Notes under the pieces: model-generated
Seen by the model: the letters and a program-made list of their open reading frames with translations, nothing else
What the model was told of the DNA's origin: nothing
The model's database searches: none
NCBI GenBank assembly: GCA_024679065.1
Contig: JAGIQG010000006.1
Span: 111,600,001 to 111,664,000, forward strand
Source: Sphyrna mokarran
Lineage: Eukaryota
Reading direction: 5' to 3'
Length of the DNA: 64,000 bases
Translations under genes and position numbers: made by a program
Shown here: positions 1-13,795 of the stretch, in pieces
Layout: the number at the start of each line of letters is the position of its first letter
How positions within the stretch are numbered: position 1 is the first letter of the stretch

Positions 1-184
1 AATGACTTAAAAAGAAAATATTTGCCAGTAATATTATGATACAGCAGTCAGTCACTAAGAAAGTTAAAAATATGCACCCTAAACATTTTAAAAACATGCT
101 TAAGTCTCCTTATGCCTAAAACTACTAATTGAAAAGACTTTTTTAAGGTACAATTATCCAAAATTTCCATTTGTGTGTGCCAAT

Positions 185-480
185 GGCAAGGTCAGATTTT
201 ATGCCAGCTCTAATTGTCCAGGAATTGAGTGACTTGCTTCGTCATGCTGCGCGTCTTGAGCCAGACTGTTAAGGATGCCAGATTTCCTTCACTTATGTGA
301 ACCAGATTGGTTGTTGTAAAAGCCTATGATAGCTATGGTCACTGTTCCTGAAAGTGGCTAAATATTCCAGAGTTTTAAAAAAGTTAATTGAAATCCCAAC
401 AGTTGCCACGTTGAGATTTGAGCCAATGTTGCCAAAGTGTGTGTCTGGAACATTGGATTACCAATATCTTGATATCACCA
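185..480 (-). mobile_element. Degraded tRNA-headed SINE (family B, LINE-derived tail)
   Basis: Reverse complement aligns by eye to copies at 30938-31298 and 60942-61250 (aaggaaatctggcatcc, tccaatgttccag blocks). Confidence 0.55.
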
Positions 481-523
481 ACACACCATCATTTCTTCTG
501 GTGATGGCAATCAGTAATATCAG

Positions 524-740
524 GGACAAGAACAGAAAGCACTGGAAAATCTCAGCAGGGTCTGATAGCATCTGTGGGGAGGAGAATAGACCCAAAGTTT
601 CGAGTCTTCATCAGAGATGGCAAAGGGACCTGAAATGTTGGCTCTATTCTCTCTCCACAGATTCTGTCAGACCAGCTGAGATTTTCCAGCATTTTCTATT
701 TTTGTTTCAGATTCCAGCATCCACAGTATTATGCTTTTTA
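524..740. mobile_element. Head-to-head pair of Penelope-like pLTR ends (hairpin) with collapsed hammerhead core
   Basis: 528-605 is the inverted complement of ~625-703. The right arm carries the extra tail ttcagattccagcatccacagtattatgc. Minus strand at ~595-615 reads CTGATGA-agactc-GAAAC. Confidence 0.75.
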
Positions 741-796
741 TATCTTTGAATTTAAGACATGATCAGCTTTATGAGTGGGGCCATCTTCTTACACCA

Positions 797-933
797 GGAC
801 TGAAATTCTCTGACCTTGCCCATAGCTGGGATTATCTGGTCCCACTGTTGTTAGGAGAGATTTGGCTGGGCACCAAATTCTCCGTTATTGCTGGCAGCAG
901 TAGCGGGGAACGCAAAATGGGAGGATCCCAGTC
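797..933. mobile_element. Short TIR element (MITE, probably PIF/Harbinger-derived)
   Basis: Termini ggactg...cagtcc; internal sequence similar to 27226-27362 and 50903-51026. Confidence 0.6.
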
Positions 934-2018
934 CATGTATTTTGAATTGGTGCAACATATCACAAATTGTATTTGAAATTGTTCAATCTTTTGAATTACC
1001 TCAGTCAACTTTGAATAAACAGTTTTGATTAAAGAAAAGTTGAACCTCGTGTTAATTGTATGGTCCCTGGTTGTAGATTAGTTCAAATGTTGACTTATAC
1101 CCTTTTATACAAGTTAATGCCTCTGATAAATAGCAGAATTGTGAATACTGACAAACATGAAATCTAGCTTTTTATTTTGTTTGATAATATATACAGTGAC
1201 AATTGAAGCTTCTTAGATTGATACATGACATTCAAATGTTGTGTATTCTATTTATTTTTATTATTTCTGCATGATCTGTTTAACATTTACTCCCAAATTT
1301 GATTTTATAATAATATTGATCAGAGAATTATATTTAGCAACATTTGAAGTTCTGTGTTATGTTGCTGTAGCAGTTCTTACATTACAGAGGCAACCAGCAG
1401 AGATTTTGAACTGATTAGCAAATTTTATTAGTTTGTGAAACTCTGATTAGAAACTCTGGTTAATTTATGAAGATATATTTCTGTGAATAACTGCTTTTAA
1501 ATGTGACCAGCAATTTAAAGTCAGCTGTAAGTCCCTTATAAACCATTGGACTTTCTGAAGTCAGGTGTCAGCTGCCCATGTTGAAGAACTCTGATTTCCA
1601 CCAATTTACCATTCCTGATATAATTTAAATTGTGTTGTTTTTCCAATTCAACATATCAACCTTTAAGTTGAAGGAACCAGCAGTGCCCATCAGTAGATAA
1701 GATGTAATTTTTATTTGTATATTCCTAAAACTTTGCACACATTTTGACTTCAAACCATGATGTCATGTTTCTTGTTCCACTTTTTGTGTTGACATTTTCC
1801 ACGCTGAATTTACATGCCAAGAATCTTAGTGGAACCACATGAGTAAACTTACAATCAATGTGTTGCGCATTGGAGAATGACACTGGGGAGTACAGAGGGT
1901 TTAAAATAGCCAGGGATTTATTTACAAATGTGAGTTCTCTTTCGTGGCTTTTCTTCTCTGCCTGTTTCCCACACTAGGGACTTACGACACCAGTTCTGAA
2001 GACATGAATCCATTAATT

Positions 2019-2640
2019 CTGTTATACCTGTTAATTCTCAGATACTTTCGATCAGTTTGCTTACTCCAAGGTTTTACCCCCAGTGCCCTTATTTGCAAGA
2101 TGGACAAAGAACAAATACAAGTAAAAGTTCAACAAATTTGTTAATAATAACACTAATAATCCTCAAATTACCCACATAAGAGGATACTCCACATTCAAGT
2201 ATACTACCCACAAAGATGATTTGGTTGAAACTGCAAACTGCAGGCTCAATTCTCTGAGTCCCTCTGGTCTGTTGTCATAAAGGTGAGTCTCCATGGCAGC
2301 TTCCTCCTTCCTTCCTCCTCTGGTCAGTCTTCCGAATGGTCAAGGGTCGCCTCCTTCATCGAGTCTTCACTCTTGGTGTCTGAAAATTTGTCCCTTTATC
2401 CCCCAGCTTGCTTTCCTTTCCGGAAACATCTCTGGCTTCCAGCCAATGAGGTACCGGGGGGGGTTCCAATATCCAGTGGGTTTCTTGATGTCTGCCTGAC
2501 AGGACATCAGGGTCCACCCCCCCGCCCCCCCGGTGCCCATCTCCATGCTGTTGTTTACATTTAACCTTATTATCAGACTAAGCCAACTGCAGGAACTTGC
2601 AGTGACAAAGTCTGGCCCAAGTCTCTCATCTGAATCTCTC
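2019..2640. mobile_element. Probable LTR-like insertion interrupting the Gypsy 3' LTR
   Basis: Begins TGTTATAC exactly where LTR homology stops; aattc occurs on both flanks (2014-2018, 2641-2645). No CA end seen. Confidence 0.35.
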
Positions 2641-2699
2641 AATTCTGTGTACCAAAGACTGCCTCAATGTGAATCACTCCAAAAAAGCTGTGTATGGGG

Positions 2700-3500
2700 C
2701 CAATAGTATACCACTGAGCAGGCCACTGCACGTGCACTAATCTGTCAGCGCTGAGATTGGCACATGTACAGTGGCCTCATACTGCCAACCTCCCAAATAC
2801 TGGCCAGGTCAACCCCCTCACCGCTGCCCCTCAGATCCCCCCATGGCCCGATCGCTAGCCGCCCAAATATGGCAGGGCCAATAATGCTCACCTCGACATT
2901 CCCTCTTGCCCACAACTCCAATCTTCCAATTCCCCCCTTCTGATATCCCTGCAACCCCAGACCCGCCCCAGAGCCCCAATCCTCCCTGGCAGCTCACACC
3001 AACACACATTCCCCCCGCCCCTCCAGCAGGCTGACATCCCCCACCATGATGGCAAGTCCTGAGCATTGGCCTCACTCCCTCTGTCACTCAGCACGAGTGG
3101 CAGTGGGAATCTCCACCTCCAATTGCCTCCCCCAAGGCCATGCCCCAGTAGGCCCCACCCCCTTGGCACTTTGTCCTTAGGTCAGTGCCAGGGGCCCCAT
3201 GGCACCGCCAAGGTGACAAAGCCAAGGGGCAATATTCTGGTGCCCTATCCCCTGAGGTGCTTCGATTGTCTGTCTTCACTCCATCGGGTTGGGCCACTAG
3301 TTCCCCACAAGCAGAACACTCCTGGTGGGAGGGGAAAGGCTAGCGGGCCCAGAGACTTCAGTCCTGGGCCCAATAATAAAACTCAAATATATTTAGAATC
3401 TTATTTAAATAAATGATGTAGCTCCAGAAATCTGGTGGAGGCCATGGTCCCCAGTGGGGAGCCCATGAAAGGTCTCCACTAGAGTCTCCCAGCCCATTAC
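2700..3500. mobile_element. GC-rich non-autonomous DNA-transposon-like element (Harbinger-type)
   Basis: C-rich interior; motifs (ggcagtgcc, gggcattg) shared with 22995-23390; end ctcccagccc resembles the TIR of local MITEs. Confidence 0.45.
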
Positions 3501-4464
3501 ACTACAAATGCAGCGAGCTGGGAGAATCACCTCTCTATGTTTTGTTTTCTTCTCTGTTCCATTTGTCCTTCTTGTTGCAGGTTGTACAATTTCTTTAGTT
3601 TTCAGAAGTTTCAACAGAACAGATACGCTGATTGTAGTTGTCTCTTCTTCATTATTGATATAGGAGGGTTTTAGTCATGGACTGTGCAACACACCTCTAC
3701 ATTGGTAAAAATGAATTAAGAAGTTTTGATAGCGAACCTTCTTCCCTGATTGCTCTCAGATTACATTTCATAGTTCAGATGAAATGTTCTGCTAGCCCTT
3801 AGTAACAGGATGATACGGTGTAGACCTAATATATTGAATACCATTCTCTCGTATGAAGCTTTTGAATTCCTGTGAGACAAACTGAGTTCTGTTGTCGCTT
3901 ACCACTTATTCAGGGAATCCAAAAAGATAAAGACTTCTATAAGCTTCTTTCATTTTCAGTTGAACTGTAATATCTTTTATGCTCCCTAATTCTCCATCAA
4001 GCACAACAGTGAGCTTCTTTTAAACTTCTTGTGAGGTCTGATTCTCCATTTCTCATTGTGATGACTATGACCCAGCTCAGTCGAATCTTCTCCAGTCACG
4101 TCCATCAATGCTTGATAGTTATCTTTTTCTACAGGTAGAGACAAATCTGTTGTTTGCCTATTAATTTGCACAGCTATTTCAATGCAGCTTTTCAGTGGAA
4201 CTAATTCATCAGCTTTCAGCGCTATCCTCAACAGGGAATGTGTTTGAGTTGCTCCTTGTAAAGATTCTATGGCACCAGCAGGACTGCTGCCCACCTTCCA
4301 TCTTTACTGGCTGTCTATCTAGCAGTGACGTGACCCAATGTGCTGTGTAGCATCAGCAATGGCTGATTCAGTGATTATCCCTGCTCAGACTATGAGTTAC
4401 TACATTTTTCTCGACCATTTTGTGCAGCATAAACATTTTTCCTTTTCTTCTTGGTTAGGTTAGG

Positions 4465-4971
4465 GCGTACAGTTCTGGTCGCCGCATTATAAGAAAGATG
4501 TGGAAACATTGGAAAGGGTGCAGAGGAGGTTTACCAGGATGTTGCCTGGTATGGTGGGAAGGCCTTATGAGGAAAAGCTGAGGGACCTGAGGTTATTTTC
4601 ATTAGAGAGAAGAAGGTTACGCGGTGACCTAATTGAGGCGTATAAGATGATCAAAGGACTGGATAGGGTGGATAGTGAGAGCCTTTTTCCTCGGATGGTG
4701 ATGACCAACACGAGGGGACATAACTTTAAATTAAGAGGTGGTAGTTATAGGACGGATGTCAGAGGCAGGTTCTTTACACAGAGGGTGGTGAGGGCGTGGA
4801 ATGCCCTGCCTGCAGCAGTTGTGGACTCGCCTACTTTGGGGCATTCAAATGTTCGGTGGATAGGCATATGGATGATATTGGAATAGTTTAGGTTAGAGGG
4901 TCCACTGGCCGGCGCAACATCGAGGGCCGAAGGGCCTGTACTGCGCTGTAATGTTCTGAGTTCTATGTTCT
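4465..4971 (+). mobile_element. CR1/HER1 LINE 3' fragment (ORF2 C-terminus, 3'UTR, tail)
   Basis: LERVQRRFTRMLPG...LFSLERRRLRGDLIEAYK...FFTQRVVRAWNALP matches the C-terminus of the 57873-59513 protein; ends gggccgaagggcctgt...ttctatgttct. Confidence 0.95.
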
Positions 4972-6692
4972 GTTTAATTGTGGTCTTGGTTTGTTCTTTT
5001 TTTCTTATTTGTACTTTTCATCCAGAAGTATGCTCAATATATCCATTATTTTCAATAACTTCAACATGTCATGTCTTTAAAGCAGTATTCAGCTGCAGAA
5101 TACTCTGGCTTTTGCACACCAATCACACATATGAATTTCAAGGCTCTTCAGTGTCTTTTCAGCTATCATTCTGTATATTCAAGTGCACAAATTCAATTGC
5201 TGAGCTTTCTTTACAACTAATTCCATTGAAACACCAATTTCCACGACCTTTTGCAGAGTGATGTTATCTCAGTTCACAAACATTTCTATGTTGCTTTTTT
5301 GCACAGAACATAAACTAATCTGTCCCAAATGGTATCATTCAGTACATCTCCCAACTCACAGTATCCTGCAAGTCTTTTAAGCCTCAAATTGTGCGATGGA
5401 TTCCCCCCTCTTCTTCGTTTCTTTTATGGAATATAAAGCACTCTGCAATCACTAACGGTTTTGCAAAAAATGCTAAATATCTACCATCTTTCATTTTAGT
5501 GCCTGGATCCTCAGATTGCATTGAACTACAGAGGACATGAAACATTTTCCCCTTGCCATATTGAGGAAAGTGGGCACCTCAATAGCTTCAGTTAGTTTGT
5601 TTGCCTTGAAACATAGTTAAAACTCTCAGTGTGGGAACTTCATCACTCCATCAAAGGGCCTCATGACACGAAAAACCCCCGCTAATTTACCACGATTGCA
5701 AGTTTCGCACTTAGCAACGTTTTTCCAGCAGCTACCTTGATTTGTCTTCCACACAAGGCCATAAGATGAGCTTCAGCCTCTTATTTAACACACCCAACTC
5801 TATAAGTGCTGAAGCGTTGCATTACTCATAACTACTTGGCCCATAAAAATCTGGAGCTCGTGCAAAAAGCTTCTTTCCTAACTGTCCTATTCCCAACTGT
5901 TTCTTTGGTAAATTCTTCTTCCCGGGTGGCTAGAGAAAGCCGTTCATTAGCTCTTTGCCAGCTTCTATACTGTATGTTACAGAATATTGCAAAGGAGCAG
6001 AAAGGGTACAAAACAACAAAGCTTTATTTACAGGTAAGTGTTCTCTCACATGGCTGTTGCTTCTCTGCCTGTTTTCTGTGCTAGGAGCTTATGACGTTAC
6101 TCCCAGTGAATACATGAATACATCAATACAGCAAAACTCAGTAAGCCAATAAAACTCAATACAAATAGATAATACAATATAATCATTTCATCCCACTTAG
6201 GGCATTGTAGTATTATAACTTTTGGTTCCTTAGCCTCTATATTTTTCTGCCTTAAAAGAGAAGACCTTAGTAGACCTTGGATCCTGAGGAAAAATATTAT
6301 TCTTGAAATAACTCTGCTTTCTTTGCTTTTCAAATTAGCATAATTTTTGCTATTGAATATAAAGCATAAAATATGTATTTATATAGTGTATTTAATATAG
6401 GAAAATGTCCAAGACATTTCTCAGAAACATTATCAAGGAAAATTTCATATCTAGTCAATTAAGGAGATATTAGGACAGGTGTTGAAGAACTTGCTCTAAG
6501 AAATGTTGACCTAAATTGGCTCCTACTCCAGTAATATCTCATTTATCAGATTGTCATCCTGCTTTCAAATCATTTCATGGCCTCATCAGTCACCATCTAT
6601 ACAACTACCTCCAGTCACTTAAATCCTATTCCAGCCTCCTCTGTATCCCTGGTTTTCATGGATTGACAATTGGTGGCCCTAAGCTCTGAATC

Positions 6693-7133
6693 TTTTTAAT
6701 TCATTTGTGGTCAGCATTTATTGCGCATCCCTAGCTGCCTTTGAGAAGACAGTGGTGAGCTGCCTTCTTGAATCATTGCAGTCCATGTGCTGTGGCTTGA
6801 CCCAAAATGCCATTAGTAGACTTCATAGCGACTGATGTAACTGAGTGGCTTGTTAAGCTATTTCAGAGAGCAGTTTGCTGTGGCTCTGGAGTCACATGTA
6901 GGCCAGATGAGATAAGGACATCAGATTTCCTTCTCTAATGGGCATTAATGAACTAAATGGGCTTTTTCGACAACTGACAATGATTTAATGAACAGCAGTA
7001 GACTTAGTTCCAGATTTTTTTTATTGAATTCAAATTCCATAATCTGCGTGGCAGAATCAGAGAGCGGGTTCCCAGAACATTAGCTAAGTTTCTGAATTAA
7101 TAATCTAGTAATAATACCGCTGGGCCATCACTG
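6693..7133 (-). mobile_element. tRNA-headed SINE family B
   Basis: Reverse complement has head gatggcccagcggtattattactag, core ctggcctacatgtgactccagagccacagc and LINE-like tail. Confidence 0.75.
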
Positions 7134-7449
7134 CCTTGATTGAGTTAACCTTGCAAATTTACTGCTTTCTCTGAAAACAGCATAGGAAGGTGGATTTTTG
7201 TTTTTTTTCCATCTTTTGGCCAGTAATTTGCATGCCACCATCGTTGGATTTGTAGCTTATTCCAAAGATAGGCTGCGAAATCTCTTTATTAGAAGCACTA
7301 ATTTCACTTCTGCAATTGCATTGGAATGTATCCAATAAAATAATTTAAATCTTAACTTTGGTTGGTTCAGTCAGTTTTACACTAACAATTACTCTGAAAG
7401 AGTTAGGAGAAATGAAACCATTTGTAACTTCAGCCAAACTAATTTAAAC

Positions 7450-8090
7450 ACCCAGCCCAAACCCCTAGGGAATAATTCTAATCTCTCACTAAACATCCCA
7501 CTCCCAACTCCCTCACCCCAGGCCCCTCAGCAACATGACATGGGTGCACCTCCTCCCAACCCCACCCCTGACCCAATATGATCCCCATTCCTGACCCAAA
7601 CCCCATCCCAAACACAACTCCCACATCCCTGACTCGACCTGATACTGATTTACCATGCCCAATCCCTCATTCCTCCACCATGTCCTACCCCAAACCCCAA
7701 TGTTGAACATTGCCACCTTCCATATCCTACACCAACCCTAATGATCTCCTGTTGTCCAACACCCCGTCCCCTGACTTCTGATTCTCCAGATGTAGGGCCT
7801 CACAATGTCTATCTTTTTTGCACCTCCACTGCCCTACCTTTCATCCCCTTCGCTGTCCCATCCACCACTGAACCCCAATGCTCCATGTCCAACCCATCTC
7901 CTAATGACTAACCACCCCCTTATCCATCTGCAACCTCAAGTCCTGCCCCCAACCACTGATTTTTAATCATTTCCAATGTCTGGCCTCCCTCACCAGTGTC
8001 CAGCCACCTCAAATATCCAATTTTCTGCCCCATTCCCCTCTCAAAACCTCATCCGTGTGTGTTAGACACTTACTGCCCTGTTATTTTCAG
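7450..8090. repeat. C-rich low-complexity tract
   Basis: Dense CCC/ACCC runs on the + strand. Confidence 0.6.
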
Positions 8091-8439
8091 TGGGACCTCT
8101 AAACTCACTTGCTTCACCATGAGGGGGAGGAAGAAGTCCTTGTTTGCCATGCTTCTTTTGGATTTTGGCACTGTAGCCAGGGACATATTGTATTACTTGA
8201 ATCTCACCTGAGATTATTTGGCCAGGTCAGGAAGGTCGAATGAGAAAAGTACTTCAGAATTGTAATGCAGTTAAGTGTGTACAGAATGACAATCCAACAC
8301 TGATTGAAGTTATGGTTCAAAGTTTGTAGTAATACCTGGGGAAAAAAAATGCAGGAAGGACAACCTGACGGGGAGCATCGCATACTTCTAAACAATCTTC
8401 CAGATTCTTCTTTGCTATTGAAACTCCAAGGGGCTCTGT

Positions 8440-8865
8440 CACCGACATGCAATCCTTATCCCAGACATATTCTCTTCCGCCTTCTTCCATCAGGAAAGAG
8501 ATATAAAAGTCTGAGATCATGTACCAGCTGACTCAAGAATAGCTTCTTCCCTGATGCTATCAGAATTTTGAATGTACCTACCTTATATTAAACTATCTTT
8601 CTCTTCACCCTAGCTATGATTGTAGCACTATGTTACCATTTTCCTGCCATGCTAACCTCAGAGCCAAAACTTTCTGCCCAACAGTCAATGGCATTTCACA
8701 TTCTCCACAACTGGCCAGTGGAGAACAGAGTCAGAGAATTCCGGCCATATTCTGCACCTCTCCTTTCCTTCTCCCCTTCATACTCTCCATACGTCAGTTT
8801 AGCATGCAAAAAACAATACGTTTCACTGTATCCCAATACTTTTGACAATAATAAATCAAATCAAA
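8440..8865 (+). mobile_element. Rex1/Babar non-LTR retrotransposon 3' end, with a small MITE inserted at ~8660-8748
   Basis: HILFRLLPSGKRYKSLRSCTS*LKNSFFPDAIRILN followed by tttcactgta...tgacaataataaatcaaatcaaat tail. Confidence 0.85.
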
Positions 8866-10002
8866 TTTCTGCACCTAATATTTCTTTTCTTCACTTCCAT
8901 CAGGTGATGTTTAATCCTGAGGTGTTTAAAGAAAGTAAAAATTGATCCCATAGCCTAGGCCATCCAAGTACAACAACATGGGAAATCAACCAGTGTTGTA
9001 ACAGACAGTAAGTTATTCTAGCAAGGTGCTATGATACGTGGATGTGATAGGTCTTTAAATGAACTCCCTCCTACACCTTGAAAATAAATGTCCCGTTTAT
9101 TGATAAGTACTGTCAGAATGTTATTAGTGATTACAGCAGGTATTCAGCATATTTCCAGCTGTGAAACTATCACTGACGTCTGCTTAACAACATGTTAAAT
9201 GCGAAGGTTCTAAATGTGACCCAGGTCAATTTAAAATGATACAATAATGAAATCAAGAAAATTGATGTTTCTAAGTCAATCAGAAGATTTGCATAAGATC
9301 TTTCCCAACATTTTGGAGGTTAATAAAAACCGACAGCTGGGCACCACGCATGCTAGATTATCGTGACAGAATGTGGATGGATCATATGCACAAACATCAC
9401 TTTATAACTCATGTAGGTGTAAAGAAAATAATTAAATTCACAATGTCGAGCTAACCATTTTAGTCCCCATTTATTGCAGTCAAATAGAGATAATTAATTA
9501 CAGTAAATGCAGAAGATATTTTGAAATTATAAAAAAAGGAATAAAATCTAGGATCTGCTGATCTGACTATGCAGGACAAATATGAAATATTAAGCACTCA
9601 GACTTGCTTTGCATATTGGACTGCGAAAAGGTACTACCAAAAGAAACATGAACTGAGCCAAGCAGCTCCCAAATTTGACCCTGGGGGATGCCGTCAGCTT
9701 TGATTTTGTAATCATAGTTTTGTTATTTGATATCTGCCAACACTTCAGATCTGTGTAATAGTCCCACTCTTCTGCTCACACTTACACCTCCCACAGTATT
9801 CCTCCCACTTTTGAAGCATGAACTGCAATTGCGATGATGCTGTGAGACACAGCACTTTACAATAACAGAATGATTCATGAACTCTGTGTTATTACGGGAT
9901 CTGTGGCTTATCGAGCTTGTAGCAAAGGCTCTGATGCCATTGTCAAGCATGTATGTTATAGTGGACCATTTTACTATTGTTAATTTTAATGGTGAAAACA
10001 CA

Positions 10003-11633
10003 GGCCCTGAGATTTTCCACTCCCACTTGTGGCAGGAGTCATAATGGGCGGGAGTGGAAAATACCTAAAGATCATAAAAATCGGTTTCACATCTTCGTAA
10101 GATCAGTTTTCTTTCGCCTGCTCCGCCTGTCAATGATGGGTTGCACTTTCCTTCAGTGCATGCCGGGAAGCTAACTTTAATACGTTAGAACCTCATGAAA
10201 TGCCTGCATGCCAGAATCATCCTCCTCCACACACTGATCATGAAAACACCACGCCCGAGATGTTTCACAGTGGTACATAAGCAGCATGCACTTAGCAACC
10301 AGCACTTCACTCAGAACATCCAGGTTCATCTGTCCAACATGCATTGGGCAACAATTGCGATAATTTTTGCACAGCTTCGCAGGTGGTACCGCATCAGTTT
10401 GGAAGGGTTCTCGGGCAAGTCTGTATTTAGTAGACCAGCAGTAAGCCAGGGTTGTCTTCTCAGCAGCTCCCAGGTAAGGGAAGAGGCTGCAAGGCGAGGG
10501 CTGCTCTGGGGAAGATGGGTATCCCAGGGTTTTTATGGGGGCACATCTTGATCCGTGCAAGAGACCTCAAGATAGTGAGACCTGAGGAGGCAGCCTCCGG
10601 ACAGGTGAGACCAGATGGAGGTGCGAGGGTGTATGTGAGAAACTGAGTGGTTTGGTCCTGTGAGCTAACAGTGAGTGAGATGCCAGCGAGTGCGTGATGG
10701 GTTTGTGAATGTATGAGTTGAGAGTGATGAGATGATTAACTTAGCTGGCAGCATGGATGGGATAGATTCAGAACAGGGCAGCATGGTGATACAATGGTTC
10801 GCACTGGGGTCTCACAGCACAAGGAACCGGGTTCAATTTCAGCCCTGGGTGACTGTCTGTGTGGAGTTTGTATGTTCTCCTTGTGTCTGTGAGGGATCCC
10901 TACGGGTACTCTGGTTTCCTCCCACACTCCAAAGATCTGCAGATGGATTGGCCATAATAAATTGTGCCTTGATGTCCAAAGATATGGACATAAGGGGGAT
11001 TAGTGGGGTAAAGACATGGGGTCATGGGGATAGGACCTATCAGAGAGTCAGTGCAGACTTGATGGTTTGAACAGCTTCCATTCTACTGGAGGGATTTTAT
11101 GGTCCGATGTTACCATTGTGGGGGGGAGTAGGGAGGAATGAGGCCAGGTCATTACCGAGGGGAGGGGAGGTGGGTAAAATGTATCTCTAATGGGAGAGAT
11201 GGTGGGGGGAAGGAGGTGGTCCACTACCATTGTGTGAGCGATCAGTGGGGGAGAAGGGGGCAGGGTGTTGTGATCAGTCTGGTAGCTGGGGGGGGGGGGT
11301 TTGGTGGTGGTAGGATATGAAGGACAGTGATATCTTTAGGGGGCCATCGCTCCCGCTATTTGCTCCCAGGCCACTTTCCCTGCTTTCGCAGCCCAGGAGC
11401 GATCTGGCACAGGCTCAAGTTTTCAAATTTGTTTCTAACTGCACATGCGCAGTTCAGAGCTCCGATCATTTTGGGGCGTGCTAAACCCCGCCCACAGCAC
11501 GATTCAGACTCATGATTTCTTTTTCAGGCTGAATGCATATGGGGGAGCCTGAAAGCAGAAAGGGACAAAGAACTTGGATCTGAATTGGGCCCAGATTCAG
11601 CACTTAGAATGAAAATGGCAAAATCAGGCCCTA
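10003..11633. mobile_element. Harbinger-type non-autonomous element remnants with a nested V-SINE
   Basis: TIR-like ends ggccctgagattttcc (10003) and aaaatcaggccc (11632); G-rich interior. Confidence 0.4.
10776..11105 (+). mobile_element. HE1-type V-SINE with CR1/HER1 tail
   Basis: tRNA-like A/B boxes (gggcagcatggtgatacaatggtt; ggttcaattt), V-domain ctgtgtggagtttgtatgttctcc...ctctggtttcctcccaca. Confidence 0.85.
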
Positions 11634-12339
11634 TGATTCCCCTTCTACATTGGATGGCCAACCTCTTCTGTGCAGCTTTGGCACTGACCATCACTACCAT
11701 CCAAGCCAGAACAGTGAGATAGCTGGCCTTCCTGAAGTCACAGTGGGGACAGAGGACATCAAAGACATTCACGTGCTGGATAGCTCAACTCTTCTTGGCT
11801 TTCAGGGTGACATCTTCACTGGAGCAATCCTGGCTGCAAGCATTGTGAATTGTGTGCAGTTTAATTATGGCATCCGGAATGAGGAAAAGATGAGGAAACT
11901 CTGTGGCAGGCGATTCAGAGGTTCCTCACCAGCAAATTGCCCTGTTTCCTGGTGACTGCTGAAAGTGGACAATACGTCACAACAAACTGCCCTTGCAGCA
12001 GACAGGCAACACTCCTTTTTGACGCCCATCATCACTCAGGGAAAATTCCACTTACAGTTTTTCACATTTTTTGAATTGAATACTAAGAAAAGCATGAAAT
12101 TAATTTATATTTTGAGCCTCAAAAAAAAGCCAAGTTAAACGTTTTTCCTTGCAGGTGATTTATAGAAAATATGTGCAAGAGACCCAAATCATCTGTAAAA
12201 CAGTCATTTTTACTATTGGAAATATGTTTGAATGGAAATATGTCCAAAACACCCAAATACTGTCCAATACTACATTAGGGAACATACAATGCATTCAAGA
12301 TTTTTTCTGATCTTACAACAAGAATGCACTATTCTAGAG

Positions 12340-12645
12340 ACAACGCAGTGGCACAGATGTTAGCACTGCTGCCTCACAGCTCCTGGGACCTATGTTGAAT
12401 TCTTGACTGTGTGGAGTTTGCATGTTCTCCCCATGTCTGCCTGAGTTTCTACCGGGGACTCTGGTTTCCTCCCACAGTGCAAAGATGTGCAGGTTAGGTT
12501 GATTTGGCCATGCTAAATTGTCTCTTAGTGTCAGGGGGATTAGGAGGGTAAACATATGGAGTTGCGAGGATAGGGCTTGGGTGCAATTGTTGTCAGTGCA
12601 GGCTTGATGAGTCAAATGGCTTCCTTCTGTCAGGTTTTATTATTC
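12340..12645 (+). mobile_element. HE1-type V-SINE
   Basis: gttagcactgctgcctcacagc...tgtggagtttgcatgttctcccc...ggccatgctaaattg. Confidence 0.85.
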
Positions 12646-13329
12646 CCTCTGTTCCAGGGATGTTACAATGGTTTTCTTGTTGTATTTAAAACTATCATTC
12701 CCTTCAAATAGCCAAACAAAATCATGGAGTGATTTAAGATAAAATTATTAAAAGAAGATGATAGCTGAAGGACTCTGAATGAAGTTATTCAGACCATTCA
12801 GAATGAAAAATTCAGAAATACATAGACAATGAAAGTCTCAACTTTGATTACACTTATATAATAGGAATCATCTCTATTTAATCATGGTTATTAATTAAGG
12901 TTATATCATATAAAAGTACAGTTTTTAAAACCAATCACAATTACCTTACACTTGCTTAATTATAACATCCAATTGACATAAGGTTTTTAATTGCCTCAAT
13001 TGGGTGTTGTTTTTCACTATCTTTTAGGCATCCCAGCCATATCTGGATATATCAACTTACTTGTCCAAAAGACTTATTCTCGGTATAGTTTCTTTCTTTT
13101 TTTAATCTGAAGATCAGGTTTCTGGAACTAGCTGCTTATTACCCTGCAGTTAAACATTGTGTAGACTTTTGTGATCTTTCTCTGTTAACTCTTTTCACTG
13201 GACAGTTATTAGTATGATTACTATTTTCCTCCATAGTTATTAGTATGGGTGTCATTCCCCCTCACTGTCCAACAAGCCTTTTTCCAGAGGATGCATACTG
13301 AAGTGTCAGAATTCTATCTGCTTTCTTCT

Positions 13330-13795
13330 TTTGTTGCAACATACATAGATCCAGCAAATATTGGAAGATCAAAGAGCTTGCCAGGGAATAGACTCAGTGA
13401 GGTCTTAACTGACAAGACTTGCAAGCAAATCTCCCATCCATTGATCCTGTCTACACTTCCCACTGCCTCAGCAAAGCAGCCAGCATAATTAAGGATGCCA
13501 AGCACCCCAGACATTCTCTCTTTTACCTTCTTCCACTGGGAAAAAGATAAAAAGTTCTGAAGTCACCTACCAACCGACTCAAGAATATCTTCTTCCCTGC
13601 TACCATCAGACTTTTGAATGGACCTACCTTGCATTAAGTTGATCTTTCTCTATATCCAAGCCATGGCTGTCACACTACATTCTGCATTCTCTTGTTTCCT
13701 TCTGTATGAACAATATGCTTTGTTTATATAGCGCACAAGAAACAATACTTCTCACTGTATCCCAATACATGTGACAATAATAAATCAAATCAAAT
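13330..13795 (+). mobile_element. Rex1/Babar 3' end
   Basis: HPRHSLFYLLPLGKR...NRLKNIFFPATIRLLN; tail gtgacaataataaatcaaatcaaat. Confidence 0.85.

Larger units (their letters stand above)
1861..6180 (-). mobile_element. Decayed Gypsy LTR retrotransposon with both LTRs, gag, protease and integrase; RT/RNase H deleted; carries nested insertions
   Basis: Homologous LTRs at ~1861-2018 and ~5975-6180 (TG start, tttattt = AATAAA on minus strand). PBS-like tggcaaagag at ~5950-5959 (-). gag KPLVIAECFIFHKRN...LAGYCELGDVLNDTIWDRLV and ITLQKVVEIGVSME (5200-5470). Degenerate Zn knuckle CDWCAKPEYSAAEYC (~5080-5128). Protease remnant (ORF 3986-4294). Integrase GFPE*VVSDNRTQFVSQEFKSFIRENGIQYIRSTPYHP (~3805-3920). 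Confidence 0.8.

Noticed and set aside
5983-6145. Apparent exon pair with good splice signals (ttacag|...|gtaagt, ctag|...|gtaagc)
   Set aside because: The intron would be only ~50 nt and the region is the Gypsy LTR, homologous to 1861-2018 where the donor is not conserved.
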